DNA from: Octopus sinensis
Lineage: Eukaryota
Length of the DNA: 64,000 nucleotides
NCBI RefSeq assembly: GCF_006345805.1
Contig: NC_043016.1
Span: forward strand, 20,522,001 to 20,586,000
Reading direction: 5' to 3'
Part shown: positions 37,346 to 50,654 of the stretch, in pieces
Layout: each line of letters begins with the position of its first letter
How positions within the stretch are numbered: the stretch's first letter is position 1
Notes under the pieces: generated by a model
What the model saw: the letters and a program-made list of their open reading frames with translations, nothing else
Told to the model about the DNA's origin: nothing
Database searches by the model: none
Position numbers and translations under genes: made by a program

Positions 37346-37782
37346 CACATATTTAATGCACAATATATGGATTTAACTAATTTAGTGGTACTCACAAAAA
37401 TGTCTCCTTTAATGAATCAAGTTACAAACCACAGAGTAAACCAAAACAAAACAAAAAGCGGTGTAATGTATAGTGTGATGCAGTTCAAATACAGGTATAT
37501 AAAATTATTTAATTATTTATTATACACTAAAATACATTGCTTTTATATGATAGAGGCTGCAAAATGACTGTAGTTGTATGGATGTCAATTGGTGAAATAA
37601 ATTGTTTCATCTCATACCTACTCTCTTTAGATTTTATGTTCGCTGAACATGATTAACAGTATGTGTGTGTATATAGGTATATATATATATAGGGAGAGTT
37701 TATGAAAAAAAACAAAAGACGAAGATAGCTGGTATACAAAACAAACAGATGTATTAGTATAACGCTCAGGAATAGAAAAAAT

Positions 37783-37818
37783 CTTTTATGTTTCGAGCCT
37801 ACGCTCTTCTACAGAAAG
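37783..37818 (-). ncRNA. Degenerate hammerhead-like motif in a Penelope-type terminal repeat
   Basis: Minus strand: cuuu CUGUAGA A GAGC-GUAG-GCUC GAAAC AUA aaag. Stems I and II pair; the core carries substitutions. Confidence 0.35.
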
Positions 37819-38519
37819 GGACACAGAAAAAACAAGGAGAGAAACAAGGAGCAATTTGCTATTAAATACATACATACGTACGTATGTATGTATGTATGCA
37901 TGCATGCATGCATGCATGTATGTATGTATGTATGTATGTATGTATGTATGTATGTATGTATGTATGTATACAGACCAGAGTAAGCATAAATGCAAAACAA
38001 GGTGGAAAAAATAGTACTTGAATAACAGAAGCAGAGTAATATACTTTATTAAAAAGCAGCAAAAGTATCACAAAAACTGTTGCTCAGAGTTTCCCATTGC
38101 TGTTTGTTGGACAGTTTTGTTTAGAATGGAACAAAAATAAAGTTATATGCGTAAATATACAATTAGTTTGACAGATACACATTTGAAAATGGTTTTGTTT
38201 CATTCGTCCTTTCAACAACCAGTTGCATGCAATAACAAATTGCTGTTTAAAATTATATTATTATAAAAATCGAAGAAAACCTTAAATCAAAAATAGCTTA
38301 TAAAAGAAGGAAAGGCCTGGAAACCTAGGGTAAATAATTAGCTGTAAAATATTAATTAATAAATTAAAAGATATACCCATTTAAAAAAAATTTCACACTA
38401 GATTACATATACATTTAGCAGTATTCATTTAAGACACGATTCTATTCCCACCAAAATTCCTTCCGATATTCTGAGAACATATATATATATATACACATAT
38501 AATGTATATATATATATAT

Positions 38520-39155
38520 AATCATCATCATCATCATCGTTTAACGTCCGCTTTCCATGCTAGCATGGGTTGGACGGTTCAACTGGGGTCTGGGAAGCCT
38601 GAAGGCTGCACCAGGCCAGTCAGATCTGGCAGTGTTTCTACAGCTGGATGCCCTTCCTAACGCCAACCACTCCGAGAGTGTAGTGGGTGATTTTATGTGC
38701 CACCGACACAGGTGCCAGACGAGGCTGGCGAACGGCCACGCTGAGATGGTGTTTTTTTATGTGCCACCGACACAGGTGCCAGACGAGGCTGGTGAATGGC
38801 CACGATTGGATGGTGTTTGTTATGTGCCCACAGCACAGAGGCCAGTTGATGCGGTACTGGCTACGGCCACATTCGGATGGTTTTCTTATGTGCCACCGGC
38901 ACTGGTACCACAAAGATACAAATTCCATTGAAGTTCATCTATTTTGATTTGGTTTGATTTTGGTTTGATTTTCACTTGCCTCAACAGGTCTTCACAAGTG
39001 TCACAAGAAGGAAGGTATGCACAGGTGGACTGACTACGTCCCAGGTAGGGGCCACGGGTTATGGCCTCACTAGTCTTGCCGGGTCTTCTCACACACAACA
39101 TACTTCCATAGGTCTCGGTCTCTAGTCATTTCCTTGGTGAGACCTAAAGTTTGAA
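38520..39155 (-). mobile_element. RTE 3' UTR with about four internal repeat units
   Basis: Family tail in reverse orientation. Confidence 0.85.
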
Positions 39156-39180
39156 TGTATATATAAATATATATATATTA

Positions 39181-42100
39181 TATAAAAGGGCTTAGTAAAA
39201 TAAATTACTTTGCCGCATACTGAACTCATTAGAAATAGCAGCTAAAAAACTTTTTTAAAGCTATTTCTAATACTTAAAGAAAATCTCTCTCACATATAGT
39301 GTTTGCTTAATTCAACTCACAAAAGTTTGGGGGTAAGGACATCGAAAAATCAAATGCTAAGGTTATTCGAGAACGTACGTTTCAAGATTAGTCAAAACAA
39401 CATTTCTATCATCGGCTCAGAAATTCCTTGGTTTGGATTTGGAAACACTGAAAATAAGAACATACCCTTTCGAAGATCTGCTCCCAACTAACAGTGCCAA
39501 CAAATTCAAATAAGCAAGCGAAGAATCTCTGTTCTCCCCTTTCCACCAGCGTGGGTTAAAATCATCAAACACTATGCTTATTTCGGTAAAATCCGAAGCA
39601 TTAATCAGAGGAGATTAATTATAATTTCAACAATTGAGGGCAAAATTAATTAATTATTAATCAATTTCACCAAGTGTTCAGTATGCAAAGGGACATTCAA
39701 GGCGAATTCAAATTATTACATTATATAAAAGGGCTTAGTAAAATAAATTACTTTGCCGCATACTGAACTCATTAGAAATAGCAGCTAAAAAACTTTTTTA
39801 AAGCTATTTCTAATACTTAAAGAAAATCTCTCTCACATATAGTGTTTGCTTAATTCAACTCACAAAAGTTTGGGGGTAAGGACATCGAAAAATCAAATGC
39901 TAAGGTTATTCGAGAACGTACGTTTCAAGATTAGTCAAAACAACATTTCTATCATCGGCTCAGAAATTCTTGGTTTGGATTTGGAAACACTGAAAATAAG
40001 AACATACCCTTTCGAAGATCTGCTCCCAACTAACAGTGCCAACAAATTCAAATAAGCAAGCGAAGAATCTCTGTTCTCCCCTTTCCACCAGCGTGGGTTA
40101 AAATCATCAAACACTATGCTTATTTCGGTAAAATCCGAAGCATTAATCAGAGGGAGATTAATTATAATTTCAACAATTGAGGGCAAAATTAATTAATTAT
40201 TAATCAATTCACCAAGTGTTCAGTATGCAAAGGGACCATTCAAGGCGAATTCAAATTATTACATTATATAAAAGGGCTTAGTAAAATAAATTACTTTGCC
40301 GCATACTGAACTCATTAGAAATAGCAGCTAAAAAACTTTTTTAAAGCTATTTCTAATACTTAAAGAAAATCTCTCTCACATATAGTGTTTGCTTAATTCA
40401 ACTCACAAAAGTTGGGGGTAAGGACATCGAAAAATCAAATGCTAAGGTTATTCGAGAACGTACGTTTCAAGATTAGTCAAAACAACATTTCTATCATCGG
40501 CTCAGAAATTCCTTGGTTTGGATTTGGAAACACTGAAAATAAGAACATACCTTTCGAAGATCTGCTCCCAACTAACAGTGCCAACAAATTCAAATAAGCA
40601 AGCGAAGAATCTCTGTTCTCCCCTTTCCACCAGCGTGGGTTAAAATCATCAAAAACACTATGCTTATTTCGGTAAAATCCGAAGCATTAATCAGAGGGAG
40701 ATTAATTATAATTTCAACAATTGAGGGCAAAATTAATTAATTATTAATCAATTTCACCAAGTGTTCAGTATGCAAAGGGACCATTCAAGGCGAATTCAAA
40801 TTATTACATTATATAAAAGGGCTTAGTAAAATAAATTACTTTGCCGCATACTGAACTCATTAGAAATAGCAGCTAAAAAACTTTTTTAAAGCTATTTCTA
40901 ATACTTAAAGAAAATCTCTCTCACATATAGTGTTTGCTTAATTCAACTCACAAAAGTTTGGGGGTAAGGACATCGAAAAATCAAATGCTAAGGTTATTCG
41001 AGAACGTACGTTTCAAGATTAGTCAAAACAACATTTCTATCATCGGCTCAGAAATTCCTTGATTTGGATTTGGAAACACTGAAAATAAGAACATACCCTT
41101 TCGAAGATCTGCTCCAACTAACAGTGCCAACAAATTCAAATAAGCAAGCGAAGAATCTCGTTCTCCCCTTTCCACCAGCGTGGGTTAAAAATCATAAACA
41201 CTATGCTTATTCGGTAAAATCCGAAGCATTAATCAGAGGGAGATTAATTATAATTTCAACAATTGAGGGCAAAATTAATTAATATTAATCAATTTCACCA
41301 AGTGTTCAGTATGCAAAGGGACCATTCAAGGCGAATTCAAATTATTACATTATATAAAAGGGCTTAGTAAAATAAATTACTTTGCCGCATACTGAACTCA
41401 TTAGAAATAGCCACGCTATTTTAACCCACGCTGGTGGAAAGGGGGGAGAACAGAGATTCTTCGCTTGCTTATTTGAATTTGTTGGCACTGTTAGTTGGGA
41501 GCAGATCTTCGAAAGGGTATGTTCTTATTTTCAGTGTTTCCAAATCCAACCAAGGAATTCTGAGCCGATGATAGAAATGTGTTTTGACTAATCTTGAAAC
41601 GTACGTTCTCGAATAACCTTAGCATTTGATTTTGCGATGTCCTTACCCCCAAACTTTTGTGAGTTGAATTAAGCAAACACTATATGTGAGAGAGATTTTC
41701 TTTAAGTATTAGAAATAGCTTTAAAAAAGTTTTTTAGCTGCTATTTCTAATGAGTTCAGTATGGCAAAGTAATTTATTTTACTAAGCCCTTTTATATAAT
41801 GTAATAATTTGAATTCGCCTTGAATGGTCCCTTTGCATACTGAACACTTGGTGAAATTGATTAATAATTAATATTTTGCCCTCAATTGTTGAAATTATAA
41901 TTATTCTCTCTGATTAATGCTTCGGATTTTACCGAATAAGCATAGTGTTTGATGATTTTAACCCACGCTGGTGGAAAGGGGAGAACAGAGATTCTTCGCT
42001 TGCTTATTTGAATTGTTGGCACTGTTAGTTGGGAGCAGATCTTCGAAAGGGTATGTTCTTATTTTCAGTGTTTCCAAATCCAAACCAAGGAATTTCTGAG

Positions 42101-44065
42101 CCGATGATTAGAAATGTTGTTTTGACTAATCTTGAAACGTACGTTCTCGAATAACCTTAGCATTTTTGATTTTTCGATGTCTTACCCCCAAACTTTTGTG
42201 AGTTGAATTAAGCAAAACTATATGTGAGAGAGATTTTCTTTAAGTATTAGAAATAGCTTTAAAAAAGTTTTTTAGCTGCTATTCTAATGAGTTCAGTATG
42301 CGGCAAAGTAATTTATTTTACTAAGCCCTTTTATATAATGTAATAATTTGAATTCGCCTTGAATGGTCCCTTGCATACTGAACACTGGTGATGAAAGTGA
42401 TTAATAATTAATTAATTTTGCCCTCAATTGTTGAAATTATAATTAATCTCCCTCTGATAATGCTTCGGATTGTACCGAAATAAGCATAGTGTTTGATGAT
42501 TTTAACCCACGCTGGTGGAAAGGGGAGAACAGAGATTCTTCGCTTGCTTATTTGAATTTGTTGGCACTGTAGTTGGGAGCAGATCTTCGAAAGGGTATGT
42601 TCTTATTTTCAGTGTTTCCAAATCCAACCAAGGAATTTCTGAGCCGATGATAGAAATGTTGTTGTTGACTAATCTTGAAACGTACGTTCTCGAATAACCT
42701 TAGCATTTGATTTTTCGATGTCCTTACCCCCAAACTTTTGTGAGTTGAATTAAGCAAACACTATATGTGAGAGAGATTTTCTTTAAGTATTAGAAATAGC
42801 TTTAAAAAAGTTTTTTAGCTGCTATTTCTAATGAGTTCAGTATGCGGCAAAGTATTTATTTTACTAAGCCCTTTTATATAATGTAATAATTTGAATTCGC
42901 CTTGAATGGTCCCTTTGCATACTGAACACTTGGTGAAAATTGATAATAATTAATTAATTTTGCCCTCAATTGTTGAAATTATAATAATCTCCCTCTGATT
43001 AATGCTTCGGATTTTACCGAAATAAGCTAATGTGTTGATGATTTTAACCCACGCTGGTTGGAAAGGGGAGGAGAACAGAGATTCTTCGCTTGCTTATTGA
43101 ATTTGTTGGCACTGTTAGTTGGGAAGCAGATCTTCGAAAGGGTATGTTCTTATTTTCAGTGTTTCCAAATCCAAACCAAGGAATTTCTGAGCCGATGATA
43201 GAAATGTTGTTTTGACTAATCTTGAAACGTACGTTCTCGAATAACCTTAGCATTTGATTTTTCGATGTCCTTACCCCCAAACTTTTGTGAGTTGAATTAA
43301 GCAAACACTATATGTGAGAGAGATTTTCTTTAAGTATTAGAAATAGCTTTAAAAAAGTTTTTTAGCTGCTATTTCTAATGAGTTCAGTATGCGGCAAAGT
43401 AATTTATTTTATTTTACTAAGCCCTTTTATATAATGTAATAATTTGATTCGCCTGAAGGTCCCTTTGCATACTGAACACTTGGTGAAATTGATTAATAAT
43501 TAATTAATTTTGCCCTCAATTGTTGAAATTATAATTAATCTCCCTCTGATTAATGCTTCGGATTTTACCGAAATAAGCATAGTGTTTGATGATTTTAACC
43601 CACGCTGGTGGAAAGGGCGAGAACAGAGATTCTTCGCTTGCTTATTTGAATTTGTTGGCACTGTTAGTTGGGAGCAGATCGCGAAAGGGTATGTTCTTAT
43701 TTTCAGTGTTTCAAATCCCAACCAAGGAATTTCGAGCCGATGATAGAAATGTTGTTTTGACTAATCTTGAACGTACGTTCTCGAATAACCTTAGCATTTG
43801 ATTTTTCGATGTCCTTACCCCCAAACTTTTGGGAGTTGAATTAAGCAACACTATATGTGAGAGAGATTTTCTTTAAGTATTAGAAATAGCTTTAAAAAAG
43901 TTTTTTAGCTGCTATTCTAATGAGTTCAGTATGCGGCAAAGTAATTTATTTTACTAAGCCCTTTTATATATGTAATAATTTGAATCGCCTTGAATGGTCC
44001 CTTTGCATACGGAACACTTGGTGAAATTGATTAATAATTAATTAATTTTGCCCTCAATTGTTGAA
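39181..44065. repeat. Head-to-head tandem array of a ~543-bp unit (about 4.1 forward plus 4.9 inverted copies)
   Basis: Forward unit starts at 39181, 39724, 40267, 40812, 41353. Orientation flips at ~41411-41421. Copies differ mostly by small indels. Both ends abut (TA)n. Confidence 0.95.
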
Positions 44066-44176
44066 TTTAAATATATATATATATATAATGTATATATATG
44101 TAAATATATATACATGTATATATATATATGTGTGTGTGTGCATGTGTATATATATATATATATGTATGTATGTATG

Positions 44177-44213
<37 letters not shown>

Positions 44214-44216
44214 GTC

Positions 44217-44253
<37 letters not shown>

Positions 44254-44288
44254 GTATATGTATGTATATATATATGTATGTATGTGTG

Positions 44289-44320
<32 letters not shown>

Positions 44321-44321
<1 letters not shown>

Positions 44322-45312
44322 CAGGTCAAATTATAAGTTCTGTCAGATTTTACCCTTTTTTAAGATGGAGTGAAATTTAATAGTATTTTAGAATAGCTAA
44401 TGGAATTAAAAATGATTTTTATACATTTGTGTACATTTAAGCTATTAAATATTATTTTACAGAATAATAGAATTAAAATTTCTTTGATTAAAACCCTTTC
44501 TAACATGGAAGAATCCAAAGAGTATTTGAGGCACATAATACTTTATGACTACAAAAAAGGAAACTCTGCAGCTGAAGCGACTTGAAACATACACTCAGTT
44601 TATGGGAAAGAGTACTTGACTAAAAGAATGTGCAGAAGATGGTTTGCAAAATTCAGAAGTGGAGATTTCAGCCTTGAAGATGAAGATCAAACAGGATATC
44701 CAGTAAACAGTGGCTTGGTAAAAGGGAAAAAGCTCAACCACAACTGAGAAGGGAACTTCATGGGAAAAAGGTTCTTCTTTCTATCTGGTGTGATTGCAAA
44801 GGAGTAATTCACTTTTAATTGTTACCACCTAATGCAACACTCAATGCTTAAGTCTACTGTTAGCAATTAGAGTGTTTGAACCAAGCTTTGAAGATAAAAG
44901 ACCCGCTTTAGTGAATCGAAAAGGAGTGATGTTTCACCAGGACAATGTGTGACCCCACACTGCAAAGATCACATCACAGAAGATCAAAGAGCTTGACTGG
45001 GAAAAAATTCCTCATGCACATTATTCTTCCAACCTTGCTCCTTCAGACTACCATCTGTTTCATAGTTTAAAGAATCATTTGGAGGACATAACTTTCGCAA
45101 GCCAGGAGGAAGTCGAAACTGATATTTCAGAGTTCTTCGCTTTGAAACCAAAAGAGTTTTACATTGATGGGATTAAAAAGCTTGTCAATAGATGGAAGGA
45201 AGTCATAGATAATCAGGGAAAGTACATTGATGATTAAATTTCAATTAAATATAACATTTGATCACTTGTTTTCTTTATTCAAAATTTGGACAGAACTTAT
45301 CTGATGACCTGA
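44321..45312 (+). mobile_element. Mariner element, internally deleted and decayed
   Basis: TA-flanked TIRs TCAGGTCA....ATAAGTTCTGTC. MEESKEYLRHIILYDYKKGNSAAEA, and later HQDN..PH and HYSSNLAPSDYHLF motifs. Confidence 0.9.
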
Positions 45313-45368
45313 TATATATGTATATATACATACATATATGTACACACCTACATATATGTGTATATATA

Positions 45369-46554
45369 TTAGGCTGGCAACTAAGTACTTGCCGTTGTTT
45401 TAGATTAAAATTTTTAAAAAGGTTTCATAAAAAGTAACAACTAATTAATTAATAATGTATTCACCCTTGTTGTTTACAACTTTTTCCCAACATTCAACAA
45501 GATTTTCAATACTTCGTTGGTAGAAATCACCCAATTTCGACTAAAAAATCAATCCAATCAAGCTTTCAATTCTGCATTAGTATTGAATGAAACTCCGTGC
45601 ATAGCATTTCAAAGCACTTCCCAGCCATGCGTTTGAATGGCTTCCTTAGTCATGTTGGCGATATGAGGGTGGGCGTTGTCATGCAGTAGAAGAACTCCAT
45701 GCTGCTGATTAGGTCTTTTCTCTTGAATAGCCGTGTTGAGTTGTTCTATCTGTTGAATATAGTTTCACATTGACTGTTTGGTTCTATTCAAGCAATTCAT
45801 AAGGGATATCCCTTCCCAGTCCCAGCATACGTATAACATCGTTTTGCACGGTCTAGCTTATTTACCAGGGCTAAGCCATTCCTTACATGGCTTCATATTG
45901 ATGTACAGGCACCATTTTTCTTGCCAGAAACGATTTGGTAAAGAAATCGTTGCTTGTCTCCATGAGTTGAGCAGTGACGAGCAAGCAAACCAGCGGAGAT
46001 TGTGGCTCATTGATTTTTGTTGTTGTCACTTAAAGCATGTTCCATACTTCTGAACCTTCCCCATTGAGTGAAGATGCTTCTCTATAGCAGTGTGGGAGCA
46101 TTCTATTTTCTCTGCCACTTCCCTTGTTTGACAAGAATTTTCGTGCAAAAGTTGGTTTAATTGCTCTTCATCGAACTCAACTGGATGGCCAGAACGAGGT
46201 GCGTCTTTGAGGTTAAAATTTCCATTTTTGAACTTGGCATACCAATCAGAAGCAGTTCTTTCAGCTATGGTACCCTCTCCATACACAGCACAAACATCGC
46301 AAGCAGCTTTTGCAGCCTTAGAACCTTGATTAAAAGCAAAAAGAAGGTGTCGAAAATGCTCGTTTTTCTTAACTTGACATTCCATTTTAATGATCTGAAA
46401 ATAAACAAAAATTAACTAGAAAAAAAAAACCCAACAAAATAGATTCCGAAATGATTCAAAAATAGAATTCTTGAAAAAAATAGATTCCAAAATTTAAAAA
46501 CGCAATAAATTCCAAAATTTAAAAAAAACAGCGGGAACTTAGTTGCCAACCCAA
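45369..46554 (-). mobile_element. Mariner element, decayed
   Basis: TIRs TTAGGCTGGCAACTAAG / CTTAGTTGCCAACCCAA with TA flanks. ORF MECQVKKNEHFRHLLFAFNQG...WYAKFKNGNFNLKDAPRSGHP. Confidence 0.9.
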
Positions 46555-47023
46555 TACATGCATATATGGGTACAGGATGTCAAAAAAACATGAATGAAAT
46601 GACAAACAAGAATATAAAAAACAAAACCATGGAAAACAAACTTCTTTTTCGAACAATGAAAGAAACAAATATAGAAACAAGACAGGCAACATAAAGATCA
46701 TTACCTTCATCAGTTGTCCCCTGTTTTATCTACTCTATGTTTCTAACATAGGGACAAGACGCGACTTCGTTAAAACAGTCGTCCCCACAAAGCAAATTAA
46801 AAAAAATTTGGGCTTTGCGGAGAGTTAAGGTGGTGACAAAAACAAGACAGTGAGAACAAAACAGTAAAAAACAAATGGTAAGGGCTGTTAAGCCATAACG
46901 AGGTGAAGTGATGAACGCTGGAGAAGAGACAGGCAAAAGCACACCTTTTCTTTAGAAAGGAAGTGGAAGATACACACACACATATATGTAAATATATATA
47001 TATTTGTGTGTGTGTGTATATAT

Positions 47024-47072
<49 letters not shown>

Positions 47073-47584
47073 CATATGCATACATATATGTTTATACATA
47101 TATATATATATGTATATATACAAATATTACAGGCACTTCCCCCTACACACTAACTAAACATAGACACACATAGAGATATATGCATGCGCAAATGAAGACA
47201 CATACAATAGAAATACAAAATGGCTGACCATTAGTAAGGAGAAACACACAAATAAGAAAGAAGAAAGCAAAGGATCACTGATGCAGTCATAGGAGTGTGA
47301 TGAAAGAACTCTGGCCGAAATAAGATTAAGTTTAATGTAAAAAATAAATAACGCTGAAGCAAAGTAACACCAAATATATAGTGCGTGTGTTTTTATTGGC
47401 TAAACTGGAAAAATGACCATTCCTAAATACAACAATATCTGTTTCAACACACGATTTCACATAAAAAAAATCTTGCAAAACAAATATATATATATATAAT
47501 ATGAATATATATGTATGTATATATATATATATGAATATATATATATATATGAATATATATATATATATATATATGAATATAAGT

Positions 47585-48012
47585 GGCACTTAAAAGGCAC
47601 CATTCGAGTGTGATCATTACCAGCGTCGCCTTACTGGCACTCGAGCCCCGTGCTAGTAGGGTATTAAGAGCACCATCCGAGTGTGATCGTTGCCAGAGTG
47701 GCTATCTGGCCTCCATGCTGGTGGCACGTAAAAGACACCACTCGAGCGTGATCGTTACCAGCATTGCCTTACTGGCACCTGTGCCGGTGGCATGTGTAAA
47801 AGGTTCGAGCGAGTACCCCTTGACTGGCCCCGTGCCAGTGGCATGTAAAACACCCACTACACTCTCAGAGTGGTTGATGTTAGGAAGGGCATCCAGCTGT
47901 AGAAACTCTGCTAGATCAAGATTGAAGCGTGGTGCAGCCATCTGGTTCACCAGCCCTCAGTCAAATTGTCCAACTCATGCTAGCATGGTAAGCGGACGTT
48001 AAACAATGATGA
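47585..48012 (+). mobile_element. RTE 3' UTR fragment
   Basis: Internal gtggcacgtaaaa..caccattcgag repeats and (GAT)n tail. Confidence 0.85.
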
Positions 48013-48055
48013 TGATATATATATATAAATAAGAGAACAAAGTGTATGTACACCG

Positions 48056-48088
<33 letters not shown>

Positions 48089-48899
48089 AGAACAAAGTGT
48101 ATGTACACCGCCATATACATATATATAAGAGAAAAAAGTATATGTAACCACTATATGTATATATATGTAAAATACAAAATGGGCCAAGAACGCAAAACAT
48201 CCAGACAACTAGGTGATACAAAAAGGAACAACAAAACATCCAGATAGATGATACAAATAAAAGACAAGGACGGGTCATTTGAAGCTTTCTATCCTCAGTT
48301 AAGAACTCGATCATCCTCGCAATTTCGGCTGATTAATCTTGAGATTGCTCCAATCTGGCCAGCGCCAAGGAAAAACTAAGCTAAGATGCACAATGCCTCC
48401 AGGGTTCTGTATCCTCTGAAAGACTTTTGTCTCATCTGCAGAGCTAGTAACTACCCTATTCTCATACCCACTTGCTGGCTATTACTCTAGATGTTGGACG
48501 AGATGGGGGAAACTGGGATTCACTGAATAAACTATGTATCAAAGCTCTATGCTAGCTGGCAAATATTTCTGTAGATCTTCATTTCAGGTGATGACAAAAT
48601 TTCCACAACTACCTTGATGCCACCACTCCCAAGTACTCAATCTCAGGGCCATTAGCATCAATATTGGCACAATGAAAGGAAAGAGTGGGGAGTGAGGAAA
48701 TACTGGAGTGATGCCATGTTGATATGTGTAGTGTGCAAGAAGTAAGATGGAGGGGAGCCTCAGCTAGATTCCTCACGGATAAGAGATAGAGATTCAAATT
48801 CTTCTGGGTCGGCAAGAAGGATGGAGTAGGTATACTGTTAGCAGAAAAGTGGGTAGATAAGGTAATTGAGGTAGTCAAGAGTATGTGATAGGGTAATGA

Positions 48900-49710
48900 A
48901 GATGGAAAAGGAAAAGAACAATCAGCTGGCATTCCTGGATGTATTGATAACACGCACCAAGTATGGATTCAGGACATCCATATACCGCAAGCCGACCTTT
49001 ACTGGACGATATCTCAACTTCAATTCCCACCATCCATACGGTGTAAAGAGAGGGATTTCTCAGTGCCTAAAACATTGTGCAAAGAATATAAGTAGTGATC
49101 ATAATACACACATGAAGAAATGATCAAGCTCAATAACAATCTGTTAAGCAACAACTACCTCAAAAGTATACTATCCACTCCATTTTGAAGAAGAGAGAGG
49201 ATGAGGCCAATAAACTGTCCACAGTCCGTCTACCCTATGTGAAAAGCCTCTCTGAAAAGATACAAAAGATATGCGGCCCATATGACATCAGGACAGTATT
49301 CAAGAGTAATACAACACTTCACAAATATCTCCTTCAAGTAAAACCACCAATAGAAGAGAATATGACCAAAAACTGTGTGTACTCCATCCTATGCAGCTGT
49401 GGTAGGTTATACAAAGACGAAACATGCTGCCTCCTCAAAATAAGGGTAGACAAACATCACAAAGTTGTGACAGGTGGAGATATTGATAAATCAGGTATAG
49501 CTGATCATGTATGGAAAAATGGAGACCACCTGCCCCTGTGGGATGAAGTTAAAATAATAGACAGAGAACACCACTGGACAATACGAAAACTAAAAGAAGC
49601 AGCACATATGCTAGGACACACCAACCTCCTAAGCAGACCGAGTGCAGATAGGAATAGCATATGGGAACCGGTATTAAGGAAGGATAGAAAAATATTAGAT
49701 TTATAAACCC
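48900..49710 (+). mobile_element. Penelope-like element (RT thumb plus GIY-YIG) nested in the RTE
   Basis: FLDVLI....FRTSIYRKPTFTGRYLNFNSHHP and CVYSILCSCGRLY..ET...LKIR..H...SGIADHVW...H...W....RKLKEA. Confidence 0.9.
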
Positions 49711-50286
49711 TAAAAATTCACTCCATAATTGCCCATAGGTATATGGCATAGTGGTTAAGAGCACGGGCTACTGACTCCAAGATTCCAAGCAGTGACCTGA
49801 ATAATAATAATAATAATAATAATTGGGCTACAGCAAATATTCTGCTCAATACCACAGATTTGCTTGTCAGTTGTTTGACCTTAGTGGCTGACAATATGTG
49901 CATCTCTGATCCCAAGCAGAAGTAGTGGGAGAGTATTATAGCCATGTGTTGAGAGGGATTCTTTGGGGTTTGAATAATTCGCCTCTGGAAACATGGGTGG
50001 TTCTTTCAACATCCTTAAACAACCTTTATTCAGGGACCTTTTGGGCAGGATGGGTTACTCGACCAGAAGAAAATTCTAACTGGACTCCACCTGCAAGGTC
50101 ATGTACTGTTTATCTTGATATGAGATCACCATGTCGCACACATATGGTTGTGATGCATGTGCCTAGTGTACCCTTGTTAGACGGGTAGTGATGATGGGTA
50201 TACTGGGCTTCGTATATTTTACCCCATTGTCACTTTGATGGCATGCACTGCTCTCTCATTCAATAATAATAATAATAATAATAATA

Positions 50287-50608
50287 AAGCAAAAGGGGCT
50301 GATTGCTACCTAACTCAGATACCAGGACACACCAAAATGGCAGAAATTCAAAAGATAGTGCTCATGGGAACTGCTCATATCCTATGCAAAATACTTTCTA
50401 TGTAATCTCAGGGTTTAAAACAAACATAATTTTTTTTTTTTTGACATTCACTTGTACAACACCAAAAAAAAAAAAAACACCAAATAAATGGCACACTAGG
50501 CATAACAACATGAACTTCCAACCTGTTGTCTCTTGAGGTCTCTGGGTGAGACTTGGAGTCAACTTGTACAAATATAAAGCAAAAGTCAAACATGGAATAA
50601 TAATAATA
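50287..50608 (+). mobile_element. R4/Dong-like LINE 3' end with (AAT)n tail
   Basis: ...QIPGHTKMAEIQKIVLMGTAHIL.KILS resembles the C-terminal QK.VLLGTA.IL motif of R4/Dong elements. Confidence 0.6.
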
Positions 50609-50610
50609 AG

Positions 50611-50654
50611 ACACCTGAAGAAGGCTGGAGGGTATATCAGCCAAAATGTTATGT
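50611..50654 (+). ncRNA. Minimal type I hammerhead-like motif (CpG-decayed) at a Penelope terminus
   Basis: ACAC CUGAAGA A GGCUG-loop-CAGCC (A)AAA (U)GUU AUGU. Both core deviations are CG to CA or TG transitions. Confidence 0.5.

Noticed and set aside
39303-43801. Recurrent 60-86-aa ORFs (MLNSTHKSLGVRTSK...) in the array
   Set aside because: They start mostly at non-ATG codons, are broken differently by indels in each copy and resemble no protein I recognise.
39181-44065. Array as a retrozyme or Helitron tandem
   Set aside because: No CUGANGA/GAAA hammerhead core on either strand. A CTAA|TC with a weak 6-bp hairpin exists on the minus strand, but the array ends do not coincide with it.
39181-44065. 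CRISPR-like array
   Set aside because: No short repeat with unique spacers, no cas genes, eukaryotic context.
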